A stretch of DNA of 64,000 nt. Origin: Octopus sinensis (lineage: Eukaryota). Positions 38,205 to 52,479 of this stretch are shown piece by piece. The first letter of the stretch is position 1. Every line of letters starts with the position of its first letter. Below the pieces are notes generated by a model that did no database searches, had not been told where the DNA came from, and saw only the letters and a list, made by a program, of their open reading frames with translations. The position numbers were made by a program, and so were the translations under genes. The DNA lies in assembly GCF_006345805.1 (NCBI RefSeq), contig NC_043000.1:94798001-94862000 (forward strand), written 5' to 3'.

Positions 38205-39523
38205 GGAAACCTATGTTGAGAAAAACAGCGAAATCTGCTCGTAGCATAACAGGCAACAAATTACATTTCATAGGCAAAATGTGGAGTAATGTCCCATTTC
38301 GAGGGAAAACATGCAAGGCGAAAGTCTTCGTCATTAAGAATGCAACCGATCTGTTTGGTACCGATTGGTTGGAATTATTAGATTTATGGCGCCTCCTAAT
38401 AAACCTCTAAAAACGTAAATGGTTGTCCCCGTAAAAATAATTCACCTGAAGAGTTAAAGAGAAAAGTAAAAAAAAAAATGTTTCCACAAGTACTCTCGCA
38501 CAAACTAGATTTATGCACAAAGACAGAGAGTCCATGGTCCAGGATACATATTACTACACTGGACCAGTATATAGAATAACGTGAAATCCAAATACCAATT
38601 CAGGAAAATAACCAGCAGTGGTAATCGCGCGTAAAGTAAAATCGCTCTTCGATAAATTTTTGCAAGGGAAAACTACATATTAAGGAAAGACAAAGTAACA
38701 CATTTGAAGAAACTACAAGAAATATTATAAAACATTTCGAAGTAGGACATAAAGTTCACTTTGAAAATAACAAAAATGGTAAATGAAGGTCGGGAGGATG
38801 GCTGTGTAATGAAAAGATTAGGTAACATGATGTATTTAATTAAAGGACAACGTTCGCAACATAAGAGACACTTTAACCACTTAAAGATGCGACATACAGA
38901 AGAATGAAGGGTTATACAAATGGAAGTCTTCTATGATATGTTTGAAGTGCCAGCACCGAGAGATAGTGAACCCCGTTGATCTAGCTTCCGAAAAAGAAAG
39001 CAGAGTGGATATCTGGAAGTAAAACCTAAACGAAAATGATATTATATTTTTAAAAACAACAGAAAAAAAACAAGAATGATAACAAAAGTGCTTCGTACAA
39101 CTAAAAGAAAAAGTGCTGTGTGCAACAAACTATACTACCTCAAAAGTCGAGCAACAATTACGATACAACAGCTAAAAAGAAAAAAGAGGGAGAGGTGCTG
39201 AAAGAAAACAATAATAAAATAAAAGAAATTCCAGCTCCTCACAGTAGTCAAAATCTCAAAAGGGGAGATGTGATGATACTTACAATGCAGCCTTGCGCGA
39301 GATATACTGTTGCGAGTAAAGTATAAATATTAACAATCCGAGAGAGTTACAAGTTCAAAGTTCTGAGTCGAGTGAAATTCGTGATAGTTCGCAGTGAAGT
39401 CGGAAGTTGTCGGTTGGTTAGTTCACAAGGAATATTTATTGTTGGTTCGTATTTATTAGTTCGTTACATTGTTTTTACTGTTGTCTGATTACCTTATCGT
39501 ACGTAACAAATTACGATACAACA
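38205..39523 (+). mobile_element. Deleted Gypsy relic with PPT and one LTR
   Basis: Protease-region peptide similar to the element at 3243-7884 (TGNKLHFIG..KAKVFV..DLFG); integrase pieces; PPT AAAAGGGGAGA 39258-39268; LTR TG..CA 39269-39523. Confidence 0.75.
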
Positions 39524-40011
39524 ATATATTTCATAGCGAGTGGAAAGTCTAATTTGTCGTTAGGAAGTTCACGTTAACACAAATTCGATCGAGCATATGT
39601 GTTAACATGGGCCTCCTAACGGCAAAGTAAATTTCAGTTAATAAAGAGACCCTTGGCCTGAATAGTAAAGTACAGTATAGATCTCGCTTGAATATTTACC
39701 ACTTCCAAAGTTCTGCTCGTTATTAATCATAAGTAGCCCGGATTTTATTTACTCCATTCCGCAACTACCGGATTTTTATTCGCATACCTGGCAACACTGG
39801 CTGCCAGCCGTGAAATATAAAGTAATTTTTTCAGTATATCATGCTTAGATACGAAAAAGATTTAAAACTCTGCGCCCCAATAAACCACCATTGATCCTGA
39901 AAGTTGATTTTTCTTTATATTTTCTACTTATTGTTTGAAGCTCACTTCCTACACCTCGATCATTGGACCTTACTTTAATGTATCTAGCTATGTGTATGTA
40001 TATACACATAC

Positions 40012-40220
40012 ACGAGGGTGCTAAGTTCCTGGATGAAAGGGTATCCTGAAAAGGTCTGGGTGGAGGCCCAAATTTGCCAGTTCTTTTACAGTTCTTAGAA
40101 AAACTGAAGGACCGCTGCATTAGGTGTGTTAATATGAGAGGAAAATACGTTGAATAAAATCATAATTTACTGATTCGCCTATATTTTCTTTTACTCCAGG
40201 AAATTTCAACATCTCCTATA
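40012..40220 (+). mobile_element. Short mariner deletion derivative
   Basis: Starts ..ACGAGGGTG and encodes LEKLKDRCIRCVNMRGKYVE*, the mariner C-terminus. Confidence 0.6.
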
Positions 40221-40489
40221 TCTTTTATGTTTCACGTGTTTCAATCAATGGAGTGCGGCAATGCTGAGGCCCCGCATTGAATGGTTTTACTTCGAATTAA
40301 TCGACTGGTGTACAAGCTTAGTACTTATTCTATTGGCCCCATATGCAGAGCCGCCAAGCTACGGGAGCTTCAATGAAGCAACACAGGTTGGTAAGTGGTG
40401 ACAGACAAGCTGAAAAACAGATATACACACGTATATATATATAACAAATGATACAGACGGAAAATGGAATATACGAGAAACACTATTGC

Positions 40490-40559
<70 letters not shown>

Positions 40560-40570
40560 ATGTATATATG

Positions 40571-40630
<60 letters not shown>

Positions 40631-41299
40631 TCTATCTATATATTTATATGTATGTCTAAATATCGTCAAAGGAGTGCCCCATTATGGTTACAGTTTAATA
40701 ATGGAAACATGTAAAAGATAAAAGGTAAAACACACACATAAAATACATACATGTATCCAGCCATACATACATACATACATACATACATACATACATTCGA
40801 GACTCGGACGTGTATAAATACTGTTCATATAAAGGCAACATGCCAAATATTGGAAAAGTTGTGCTTCAAAGGGCGGTAAGATTACATACGAATATATATT
40901 TGCATAGGTGTTTTAAACATTATATATATCACAGCATATGTATATAAACTATACATTCATCTTAATATATTTATGTAAACTCTTGACTGTTTTTTTTTTT
41001 GTTTGTGTGTTTGTTTTTTACGATACGCACGTAAATAACATTAGTCAAGTATAGTTTCAAAACAATTCAAGATAAAAACAAACACTTCTCAATTTGTATG
41101 TTTAAACAGAATTGCAGAATTAAAAACAGCCTGAAAGCAAAGATTACTCAAGTTGTGAAAAACTTTAAATTTAATTCTGACAAAACTGTCGAAACTTTAA
41201 AAAACAATCATTGTCTATTCTGAGAAACAAATAAAAATATCGGTGAAGTGACAAAAACATCATGGCTAAACGTATGTCTCCTTCGACCACATCGTGACT

Positions 41300-42670
41300 A
41301 CAATTACTGTTTACAATAGACCTACAATCCTAAGCTGTTATATGAAGCGTATATACAATCTGACCTCCAAAATTTCGGTTCTATACAAAGTATAAAAAAA
41401 AAAATTGTAACTCCAAACCCAGAATTTGCCAAAGATCCCAAATCATTTTATGACACCTTCAATACGAAAGGCTCAATCTCTGTAACAGACACCTTGACAA
41501 AATATCAGATTGAGGACGACTGAAGGGAAGTGAAGTATGAGTTCAACAAAAAAGCGATGTAGCTAAAAGAACTGGAGTCGGACTACAGCCAGCATGTCTA
41601 GCATAAACAATATGAAATAGATAGCGAAATACTGAAAATGTCAAGCAGGAAATCCCCAGGGCCAGACCTCATAAAAAATACTGGCTGAAGAAGTTCACCT
41701 TTTGTCGGCAAGGTCCTATACAGTTCTATGATGAACTGTCCCAATTTCTATCAACTGCAACTACTCTCCTCGTCCACAAAAATTGCCAAACGGTTTTTGC
41801 TAAAAACTTACCGTACAATAGCCCAATGTCAGAACAACATGTACAAATTATACACTGGCACTCTCAATTTGTTCTTGCAGGGACATTGTGTCACAAACAT
41901 TATAACACCTAAGTAAGCTGGAGGAAAGGAAGTATGGACTTGTATACTGACAAAATGATCCAGGAAGAACCAGTACAAAATCGCATGAGCTTAAACGTAG
42001 TGTGATGGAACTACCAGAAGGCTTTTGGTAGTATACCAAATGGTTGGATTATTAAGGCTTTACAGTTAGCCAAAGTCCCACAACTACTAGTGAGCTCTAT
42101 TGAACGCCTGACCAAGACTTAGTATACCACTTTGCTCCTTAGGGGACGTAAGGAACAAATTGAGTCGAGTAGCATTCATTACATCCTCGGTGATAGCCTG
42201 TCGGTGTTTCTCTTAGCCTTCTCATTAAACTCACTGTTATACCTGCTCACAATGCACTGGCCATGGAAATAGAGCCAGAAGTATTTCTCATCTTTTCTTT
42301 GTCGACCACCTGAAAATGTGTGGGCCAAATATCAGCCATATATAAAAAAAAAACGGGACCTTACTACGCAATTTTCTAGACGAAAATCAACTGCCCTCAT
42401 GACACTAATGTGGTTAGAAAAATACAAGAGAAAGAGGACATCTATGGACCATTATTAAGAAGTTTGCAAATCCAGTGCTTAGTATCCATTTTCCCCATCG
42501 TACTTATGATTATTGAAGCAACAGGACACATACCAACCCATATGAGGCAATGTAAGGCAGAACGTGGGTTCTTAGGGAGAGAATGCAAATCCTTAATTCA
42601 TACACCACAAACGAGCAAGATATGTTGGACTATAAAAATCTGAAAAGACCTTGTTAAGATTAAAAGGATG
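41300..42670 (+). mobile_element. Highly decayed R4/Dong-like LINE fragment
   Basis: YRTIAQCQNNMYKLYTGTLNLFLQGHC resembles the RT at 21725-22156. Confidence 0.6.
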
Positions 42671-43371
42671 ATGAAGAAAACAAGATGGTTTCCTTCACAA
42701 CCTTGCTACCAAGCAGAGGGTCGATCAAAATTTACTCTAAATCAGAAACAGAAAGAGAAGACTATTCATTCATAACAACTTACAAATTAGTCGAGCGCAT
42801 TTTAATCTTATCTACAAAAGAAGATACACCTTGTTCATAGATTTTCGTGTTTATGTATCTATGCGTAAGCCTATGTATATGCGCGCGCGTGTATGTATGT
42901 GTGCTTGTGTGTATGTGTGTGTGTGTTTGTGTGTATGTGTTAGTAATGAGCAACTATTCATTCCGTCATGTTGAGATGAAATCTTTAAGAAATTAGTTAT
43001 ATTTTTAAATATACACATTTATTCATAACCACGCTCTGTTGGAGTTTTAATATTAAATTCAGACGTCTACGTCGTAGAGTTATATGCATTTCTTTACGCC
43101 AATAATACCTTGTTTACGTATTTCCTAAGAAGATGTGTTCTTTTCTTAATTTCGGCAGTTAAGACATGAAGTGAATGATATCTAATGAGCATGAACGAAA
43201 TAAAAAAAACAGTCGTACACACTACTTTATCCTTCGTTTACTTTTAGCTGTCGAAGCTCCCGCGGGTTTTTCCATATCTATTTTAACGTAGACATACACA
43301 CACATAAGCCCAGACACGGCTGTGTATTAACACGTTTGCTTCCCAATCACATAATCTCGGCTTCAGTCCCT

Positions 43372-43422
<51 letters not shown>

Positions 43423-43454
43423 CGTGTGTGTGCGTGTGTGTGTGTGTGTGTGTG

Positions 43455-44252
43455 CAAGGAGGTACCTAAAAGTAACCGGAAACGTTCTCTGTGGGACAAA
43501 ACCCGTTGCAGTTCAGCCATCCAGTATCAGATGCTACTTGATGTGACATTCATGCATCAGTCAGCCGACCTGCGTCTTCAAGCAATGTCGAACTACCACG
43601 TGGTGCGTCTTTGTAATGCAGTGCTTATCTCCTGTTCATCGATTTTTGCGCTGAGTGAAACGAAAGAACAGCGTGCTTCTGAGAATTTCTGTTTTCTGTT
43701 AGAGAAAAATGGCGGCCGAAACAGTTGTTATGCCTCAAACAGCTTACAAAGACGCTGTCATGAGCAAAACACAAGTTTACGAATGGTTTTCATGCCTTAG
43801 GAATGGTCACTTGTTCGAAGACTAACCGTGCTCAGGGCGACCGTCGACCTCCTGAACGAATGAAACATTATGAAAATTTATGAGCCGTCTGGGAAGACCG
43901 TCACCGAACAATTAACGCTTTTGCTGATACGAACAGTTTGTCCTAGAGGTTCTGCCAACTACGTTTGAGCAAGGGATTGCGAATGAAAAGAGTTGCAGCA
44001 ATATTTGTGCCTCGCTTGCTCACTGAAGATCAAAAGCAGTCACGGCTGAGTGCGTGTCATGAACTAAAAGAACAGATGGAAGGTATCACTTTGCAAGAGT
44101 TCAACACTGCTTTGAACAGTGGAAAACGCTTCTGAACAAATGCTTTGCTTCAAATGGAGAATACTTTGAAGGCGATCAAACTGTAAACATGTAAAACTAA
44201 GTGAATGAAATAATATTGCAAAATTCCGGTTTCTTTTGGGTACACCCTCCTA
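43455..44252 (+). mobile_element. Internally deleted mariner element with TIRs
   Basis: TIRs AGGAGGTACCTAAAAGTAACCGGAA / TTCCGGTTTCTTTTGGGTACACCCTCC-TA; EQRASENFCFLL..MSKTQVYEWF N-terminus. Confidence 0.82.
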
Positions 44253-45250
44253 TATAAACTTTTAAACGTCCGGTGACAAAGAGCCCAAACTATGCTATTT
44301 CTTAAAACCTTTTCTGATGATCGTCGGTACGAACCCTTACATTGGCCATTGTGAGAATGCAATATAGTTTTTATTTTATATTGTATATAAGTATGTACGT
44401 ATGTATTTATAATGTATGGATATATGCATATAAATACTGTATTTAGACACACATGCATACATATCTATACGCACTTGTGCATAATTTTGTGTGTGCGTGT
44501 GTGTATGTGTGTGAGTGTATGTTTATGGGTATATGTGTATATGTATAAATGTCTATGTGTGTGTGCGCGTGCGTGTGTGTATGTTTATGGGTATATGTGT
44601 AAGTGTATAAATGAATGCTATGTGTGTAATAAACTTTATATCGGAATAGAATCATTTCTACAATTAATTTGTTTAAAACTTTTTGTTGACTTTTCACATT
44701 TAACAGATACAGCAACTGAAGCTATTGGATAAAATTTGTAAAACACTGAATACGTTTCGAATGTTCAAAACCATATCTCAAAATTTGGTTTAAATTCAAT
44801 ATATATTCGTTCGTCTTTTCTTCAGATAATGTATTCCGGAGAAAAAAGGAGGTATAGTCACGCTTGAACACCTTACTTCATATGCATGTATTTTTAAAGC
44901 TTTTCACGGAAAAAAATTTTCTCTACATTGAAGAGACATTTATTTCGATAATCTCTGTAACTGCTCATCCTAAATAAACTGAGTTTAAATTGCATTTCTA
45001 ATGGTAATTTTGACTATTAAATCCCTTCCTATAGAGATTTTTACAGGGGGGAAATGGAATCATCAATAGTTTAGTTATTATCGTTTTATTTTTTCCGGCA
45101 TTTACCAGAATGTACATAACCAGCGTGTGCGCGCGTGTGTGTGTGAGAGTGTATGTGTGTATGTTTGTGAGTGTGTGCTAAGAACATAAACTATCATCTG
45201 ATGACTGTTCCAGTAAGTTGATTATACATACATACGTGCATGCATTGGCT

Positions 45251-45614
45251 GGCACTGCGCCGGTTACGATGACGTGGGTTCCAGTTGATCCGATCAACGG
45301 AACAGCCTGCTCGTGAAATTAACGTACAAGTGGCTGAGCATTCCACAGATACGTGTACCTTTAACGAAGTTCTCGGGAAGATTCAGCGTGATACAAAGTG
45401 TGACAAGGCTGGCTCTTTGAAATATAGGTACAACAAAAACAGGAAGAAAGAGTGAGTGAAAGTTGTGGAGAAAGAGTACAGCAGGGTTTGCCACCATCCC
45501 CTGCCGGAGCCTCGTGGAACTTTAAGTTTTTTCGCTCAATAAACACTCTCAACACCCGGTCTGGGAATCGAAACCGCAAGTCCGCTACCCTAACCACTGG
45601 GCTATTGCACCTCC
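45251..45614 (-). mobile_element. SINE family 3
   Basis: Matches 25379-25760. Confidence 0.82.
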
Positions 45615-45807
45615 ACACATGCATGCATGCATACGTACTATATCTGCATACAGGATGTGGCGAAATCCTTTAATCCCCATCCTTGATAAACAAAATATTA
45701 GCTACATATCACTATCTTCTTGACTTTGTTAGCAACACACCAACTGTCGTGTGAATTATAGAATGTTTTCTGTCACGCCTTAATACATGCATGTACATAT
45801 ATATCCT

Positions 45808-46198
45808 TTCCCCTACAGGCACAGGGCCTCAAATTTGGGGGAGGGGGATAGCCGATTACGTCGACCCAGTTATTCACTAGTACTTAATTTATCAACCCCG
45901 AAAGGATGAAAGGCAAAGTCGACCTCGGCGGAATTTGAACTCAGAACGTAGCCGCAGACGATATACCTATTTCTTTACTACCCACAAGAGGCTAAACACA
46001 GAGAGGACGAACAAGGACAGACAAACGGATTAAGTCGATTTTATCGACCCCAGTACGTAATTGGTACTTATTTAATCGACTCTGAAAGGATGAAAGGCAA
46101 AGTGGACCTCGGCGGAATTTGAACTCAGAACGTAACGGCAGACGAAATACCGCCAAGCATTTCGCCCGGCGTGTTAACGATTCTGTCAGCTCGCTGCC
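45808..46198 (-). mobile_element. SINE family 2 with duplicated internal module
   Basis: GAAAGGATGAAAGGCAAAGT(C/G)GACCTCGGCGGAATTTGAACTCAGAACG occurs twice. Confidence 0.85.
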
Positions 46199-49100
46199 TT
46201 GCATATACATATATATGGTACTGAAAGCAACCTCTGTGTAGTAAAAGTATAATCATTATCATCCTAACTAACAATCTGATTGTGAAAATAGAAACCTCAA
46301 AATTGTAACTGCAAAATATTAAGTACGTATGTCCGTGAAATATTCTACCCAGAAACTAGATAATGCCTAACGACCTGAGTCAGTGGAAAACTTAGCAAGG
46401 ATCATCATCTCTCTTCCTCCACTCACCCAGTCACTTCTCCTCTACATTACTATGTGGATTCAGTACTGCAACGGGAATTTTCAAGTTTCGCCCACAATCC
46501 AAAATCCGCATTCCCAGATAGATGCTCCTGAACTGTACTCCGTCTCCAAGATGGCATGCACTATATTTTTTGCGCTCACGTCAGGTGCTCTCAGAACCCG
46601 TACTACCGATTTCCTCTGCAAAATAGGGATAATGACGATCCGTCGGAGAAATGAACACCCACGAGGTGGCGTGGCTGTTGCAGCGTGTATTGTTGGCCAT
46701 CCTCCGTGGTAATGGGATATGTGGCTCAACGCACCTCCTCCTCCATCTTCTGCTGTTTTATATACCCTTTTCGTTTCCTTTCTTTTCCCTTTTTATCTCT
46801 TTGATTTCTCGTTACTTTGCATTTTAATGTTATAATTTAATTTAAATTATCGAACTCTGAGTTCGTCTTCACGAAATTCATCCTGAAATGATGCGAATAA
46901 CTAAGCACTCACCCCAATAATCCTAATTATTTGAATGACCGCACCAGAAAATGGATTTCTAAAATGCACGGCAAATTCAACGTTGTCATCTCCTTCATCC
47001 ATGATTATAACACTGAACGCCCAAAAGCTTGCTATACAGTATTGTGATAATCGGGTCGATATTCTGAGCTTTGATCACTGTATTTTAAACATTTGATATT
47101 GCAATTTCTATTTTGTATTGCGCATGCTGAAATGCTGTATCCTTGTATCTTATATGTCATTATTATGCATATTGATGTTTGGAATTCTGTTTTGCTTTGT
47201 TGCATGTTGGAATTTTAATATTGCGACTTGCACTTTCAATTTTAGATTAGGTGTCAAGGATTATGTAGCACAAAGAATTTTGTATATGATTCCTGACCTT
47301 ATTATTATTTTTTAAATTATACTGCATATATGCGGCAGATCAGAAATACTCCACCTAACTTATTGAATTTATGGAAAATATTATAACGGTACTACGGTCC
47401 CTAGACTGTAAATACTTGATACCAAAAGCCTGCACATGTCTTTCTGTGGTAACAAGGAAAGATGTTTTGCAGAGAACACCACAAATTACATACCGCACTC
47501 CTCTGTTACAATCTGTTTTTGGTATTCTTTGTGAGTTTTGATATTTGAATATGGCATGGCTCCCGCCACAGCAGTAAGCGTCCCCACACCCCCTACTTCC
47601 CCATAAATATCTAATTTTACTAACTAACCAGCCATAGACATAGCTCAGTGCTGCATCTTCTTTTCATTGCATTATTACGTTGCCAAAACCTCCTCCAGTT
47701 AATAACAATTTCTTTTTACAAAGAGTTAAAATGACACCGCCACCTCAGTCACTGGCTATCATCAAGCCTTCTCATCTCTCACTTGCTATTTTTCTGTTGA
47801 ATCACGGCTTAAGCTTTTATATATTGCGGTCCTAGCAGATGGTTTGTTAACTGGCCATTCATGATTTGGCCAGTTGCATGCTCTCGTCTGTCTACCGCTA
47901 TAAGAAACGATTTGCTTGTCTTATACACGTTATACTTGGTGTCCCGAAAATTCCATAGAAACAGTTGAGATAAATAATTATACTCTAGCATGGTGTCCAG
48001 TATATATACATACATATGTACACGCATGTGTACGTGCATGAATATATGTGTACTCGTTATTTAGGCCTTTTGTTCGACAGTTTGATATCGTAAAATATAT
48101 TATAACTGTTTATAATTTATATGAATAGGATGTGTAACAAAAAGTGTTAATTCTGCTTTCTCTATATATAACTCCTGAAATAAACTGCCATCACTGCCAC
48201 TAGTTATTTTATCAACCACCATCATACCATTCACCCTTACACCTATCAGTCTTTTCTCCACGCTTTAGATAAAATATAAGAAATAAAATATAATAAGAAA
48301 GAGAATTTATAATAACGTTTTCTTAAGTAATACATGAAATAAGATTTACAAATTTATTCAATGTGTCTATCTGAAAAAAAAAAAAGAAAAGCTCTCTGGA
48401 TGCAACGAATGTATTATATTTTTTTCTTTTACTGGGAAATATTTCTAAATCGAGAATATTTCCTTTTCAAGTATTATTTGAAATTTGTTTTTTGTATATG
48501 TACGCGAGCATGTGTAGCCTTGCTTCTTTTTTCTAACAAGATATCACAGAACTAATGATTTAGCTGTTCAGCTGGTTTTTATTCTATTGCTTCGACAGAA
48601 ATGTAAAAATCTTATATACTGCAACACATGTAAAGGAAAGCGAGAAAATGTTTTTGCTTTTTTTTTTGTTCTATACAGCGTAGAAATTACAAAGAAGAAT
48701 AGATATCGGCCTGACATATATAGTATCACATATTTAAAGATGTTTTATAAAAGAAAAACTGAAAATCAAATCAAACTGGCATATTTTATATATGCTATCA
48801 TATTTCACTTCCAACATCTTATAGGTGATAGAAACAGTACTAAATAAACTATTCTTTAATCATTATCAGCACAATCAGTTTTGCTATCATCATGTGTTCT
48901 ATGCAGTCAGTCATTCCAGGGTCTTGTTTTTATTCATTCACAAGTGGTTTTTGGTTTTCAAATGTTCGGCAGAAAAACTTCTTTTCATGATATCAGCAAA
49001 ACCTTTTTTATCTGTTTGTCACATCTTGTTCATGTTCCTTTACACAGACTCACCCAAAGGTTTGTTCTGTACAATGACAGCTTACTTGATATCACTTCGA

Positions 49101-49246
49101 CGGAAACGAAATAATGACACCAACATTCAGTACACAGAAGCCCGCCATGAGTATCCCGGTGGCATATTACACGTTATATATATATATGTATGTATGTGTG
49201 TATGTATGTATGTATGTATGTATGTATGTATGTATGTATATATATA

Positions 49247-49567
49247 GGCGCGTGGCTTAGTGGTTAGGGCATTCGGCTCACGATTGTAAGGTCGTGAGTT
49301 CGATTCCCGGCGACGCGTTGTGTCATTGAGCAAGACACTTTATTTCATATTGTTCCAGTCCACTCAGCTAGCAAAATTGAGTTGTACCTGTATTTCAAAT
49401 GGCCCGCCTTGTCACACCCTGTGTCACGCTGAATCTCCCTGATAACTACGTTAGGGGTACACGAGTCTCTGGATTGCTCAACCACTTGCACGTTAATTTC
49501 ACGAGCAGGCTGTTCCGATGATCGTATCAACTGGGGCCCTCGTCGTCGTAACCGATGGAGTGTTCCT
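49247..49567 (+). mobile_element. SINE with different tRNA head but family 3 tail
   Basis: Head GGCGCGTGGCTTAGTGG..GAGTTCGATTCC, then TTGAGCAAGACACTT; 3' part TGTACCTGTATTTCAAA..CGTAACCGATGGAGTG shared with family 3. Confidence 0.8.
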
Positions 49568-50074
49568 GTGCTCCTATCCTATCCTATATATATATATATA
49601 TTATATTACGGCTTTTCCACGGCAGTACCAAAGACCAGTTAATATGCCTATATTTCATAATATAACAAAAGTTTCATGTAAAGGCGGCGTAAAAATACTG
49701 ACGTCTTCTCCGGATTCTTATAGAGCATAATATTAAATAATAACAAATACCGTAATTACTTTCAGTATCTTACAGCTGTTTCGACTAAAAGGAACCCTAC
49801 ATTCACATTTGAGTTGTGCCAGTGCAATAACATATATATTCATTAGAGCCTAACTCTTGTTCTTTTGTTATTATTATCCAAATATCTGTGTGCGCAAGTG
49901 TGTGCGTGTGTATGTGTGTATGTGTGTATGCATATATATATACACACATGTATATATATATATATATATATATATAACGGGAAGGTTTACGAACATAAAC
50001 AAAAGACGAAGGCAGGTGGAGTACAAACAAACAATGTATTAGTATGGCGCTCAGGAATAGAAGTAAAACAAGTA

Positions 50075-50165
50075 TTTTACGTTTCGAGCCTACGCTCATC
50101 GACAGAAAGATACACAGAAAAGAAACAAGGAGAGAAAAACATTGCGTGTAGGGGCTAACGATCCA
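50075..50165 (-). repeat. pLTR-like repeat with hammerhead-like motif
   Basis: Minus strand CTTTCTGTCGATGAGCGTAGGCTCGAAACGTAAAA; same family as 29284-29370. Confidence 0.6.
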
Positions 50166-50266
50166 ATATATATATATATTTAATATAAATGAATGATATA
50201 TATATATATATGCATGCATTTATACATATATATATGTACATATATACATATATATGTATATATATA

Positions 50267-50316
<50 letters not shown>

Positions 50317-51144
50317 ATATGGGTACAGGACGTCATAAAACGTAAATATGAAATACGAAGACAAGCTTTGGTATGCGAACAAGACAAAGAAAATGGAAAA
50401 CAAGACAAGTAACATAAAAAACGACCCTTCAACAGTTGTCGGCTGTCCATCGACTCCTCATTTCGAGCAATTAAGAATACTGTGAGGCTTCGAAAAGGCT
50501 TCGAAAGTTGCTCACGCGACGGGGCTAAAGTTGATGATTTTGAATGATCCCAATTTTCTTTTCAACAACAGCTAAATTTATTCGGAGTTGGTAAGTATAA
50601 AGATTGAAATTGTTATTGTTAGCTGATGTGGGGGACTGGAAGCCATTTGAATATTAGAAAAGAGATATTTGTATCATGACAATTCGCGCCGGGTATTAAA
50701 ATGTCAACATCATGGTTCCTGCCCAATGCTCCATGAAAACTGTAAAGGCTGTAAGACATGACAAGGACATTATGAAAAACAAGTTCCCAGAATCTGTGAT
50801 AGGCTTTGTATGTGTCCTCAGTGAGGACGAAGTCATACATTTATGAACAGAGTCTTAGGCCCATTTCAGGCGGCTAAGTGAAGCTACTGGAGACTTTGAT
50901 GAAACTTTGACTGGCGAGGGTTTTTGCTCGAAAGCCATAAGTGTGGCAGCTGGATATGGTTCCTTAGCATAACTCCGGAAAGAGGCAGAAATGCTAGTCG
51001 CAGAATTTCTACGACTTCACCAGCATCAATTTCTGGTCTACTAATTCCAGGGATTAATAATCCCATGCATTCCTTATCCCATGGATTAATATGTGTGGCG
51101 AATCGGTTGTCAAGCGATCTTGGGGGGACAAACACAGACGCACG

Positions 51145-51216
<72 letters not shown>

Positions 51217-51217
<1 letters not shown>

Positions 51218-52479
51218 CCTCTATCTCTGATTCCCAACACGGCTTCGTGCCGAAGAGATCATGCTTGACCAACCTACTAGTAATGGAAGAATTGGTGACG
51301 CGCATCCTCGATGATAGTGATGCTGTTGACATCGTTTTATTGGACTTTGCCAAAGCTTTTGACTCGGTAAACCACCGCCTATTGCTTGTCAAGCTTCAAG
51401 CATATAGTTTCCATCCGGATATTGTACGATGGGTTGGTGCCTTCCTCTCAGATCGCTCCTTCCAAGTCCAAGTTAATGGTTCGCGGTCCGACGTCTCCAG
51501 TGCGAGCAGTGGCGTGCCTCAAGGTTCAGTGCTTGGGCCCTTGTTGTTCTTAGTCTTCATAAATGACTTGCCCGACGACCTCACGCAACACACCCTTCTA
51601 TTTGCCGACGATATCAAACTGGTCGCTCCTCGCGGTAATATAGAGGATCTTCGTCGATGCCTCCACCAAATTTGGAAGTGGTCTAACAATTGGGACCTGT
51701 GTCTGAACGTGTCAAAGTGCTATCATCTGCCTGTCGGCTCTACTCCTGCAACTCAACTTGATTTCGAGCCGGGTCGTCTGCTGCTGGAGAGGACCGATCA
51801 GGTAAAGGACCTAGGTATCTTGGTGGATTCCTCCTTTTCGCCTTCGGCCCAGTGCGTCCATGCTGCTAACAAAGCACGCGGAATTCTGTTCTTGATTCGA
51901 CGGTCATTCGGAATGCTCACAGCAGCCATATTCCTACCACTCTATGTCACGCTGGTGAGACCCATATTGGAGTATGGGATTCAAGCCTCTTCTCCTTATC
52001 TTCTCAAAGACATACAGCATCTCGAAAGAGTCCAGAAGCTGGCTACCCGCATGGTTCATGGTCTCAAAAATTTGTCCTACGAAGAAAGGCTGAGGACGCT
52101 CGACCTTTATTCTCTTGAAAAACGCCGCCGCCGTGGTGATCTCATTCTCGCCCACAACATCATAAGCGGAAAGTGTAACCTCTCGAAAGAGCTGTTCTTC
52201 ACTCCTGCTCCGGAGCGTCGGCTGCGGGGTCATTCCGAAAAGCTCTACCTGCGACGATTTCATCTCAATCGAAGGAGAGGAGCTTTCTCCGTCCGGGTTG
52301 CGGATCCGTGGAACAAGCTGCCAGACGAGATGGTGAAGATGCCGACGACCGCTTTGTTCAAAGCCTCCCTTGACCTTAAGTGGCCTGAACTCTTTACATG
52401 AACACCACCCTGTACTTAACTCCATGTCCCCCTACATGGCCTTGCTATTTGCTTTTGAGCCAAATTAACTATCTAACTA

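Noticed and set aside
45880-46150. CRISPR-like repeat-spacer pattern
   Set aside because: Only two copies of an internal SINE module in eukaryotic DNA; no array and no cas genes.
49247-49320. tRNA gene
   Set aside because: It is a SINE head: A and B boxes are present but it runs into a SINE body shared with other copies.
51934-52425. 163-aa minus-strand ORF
   Set aside because: Antisense shadow of the CR1 RT frame.
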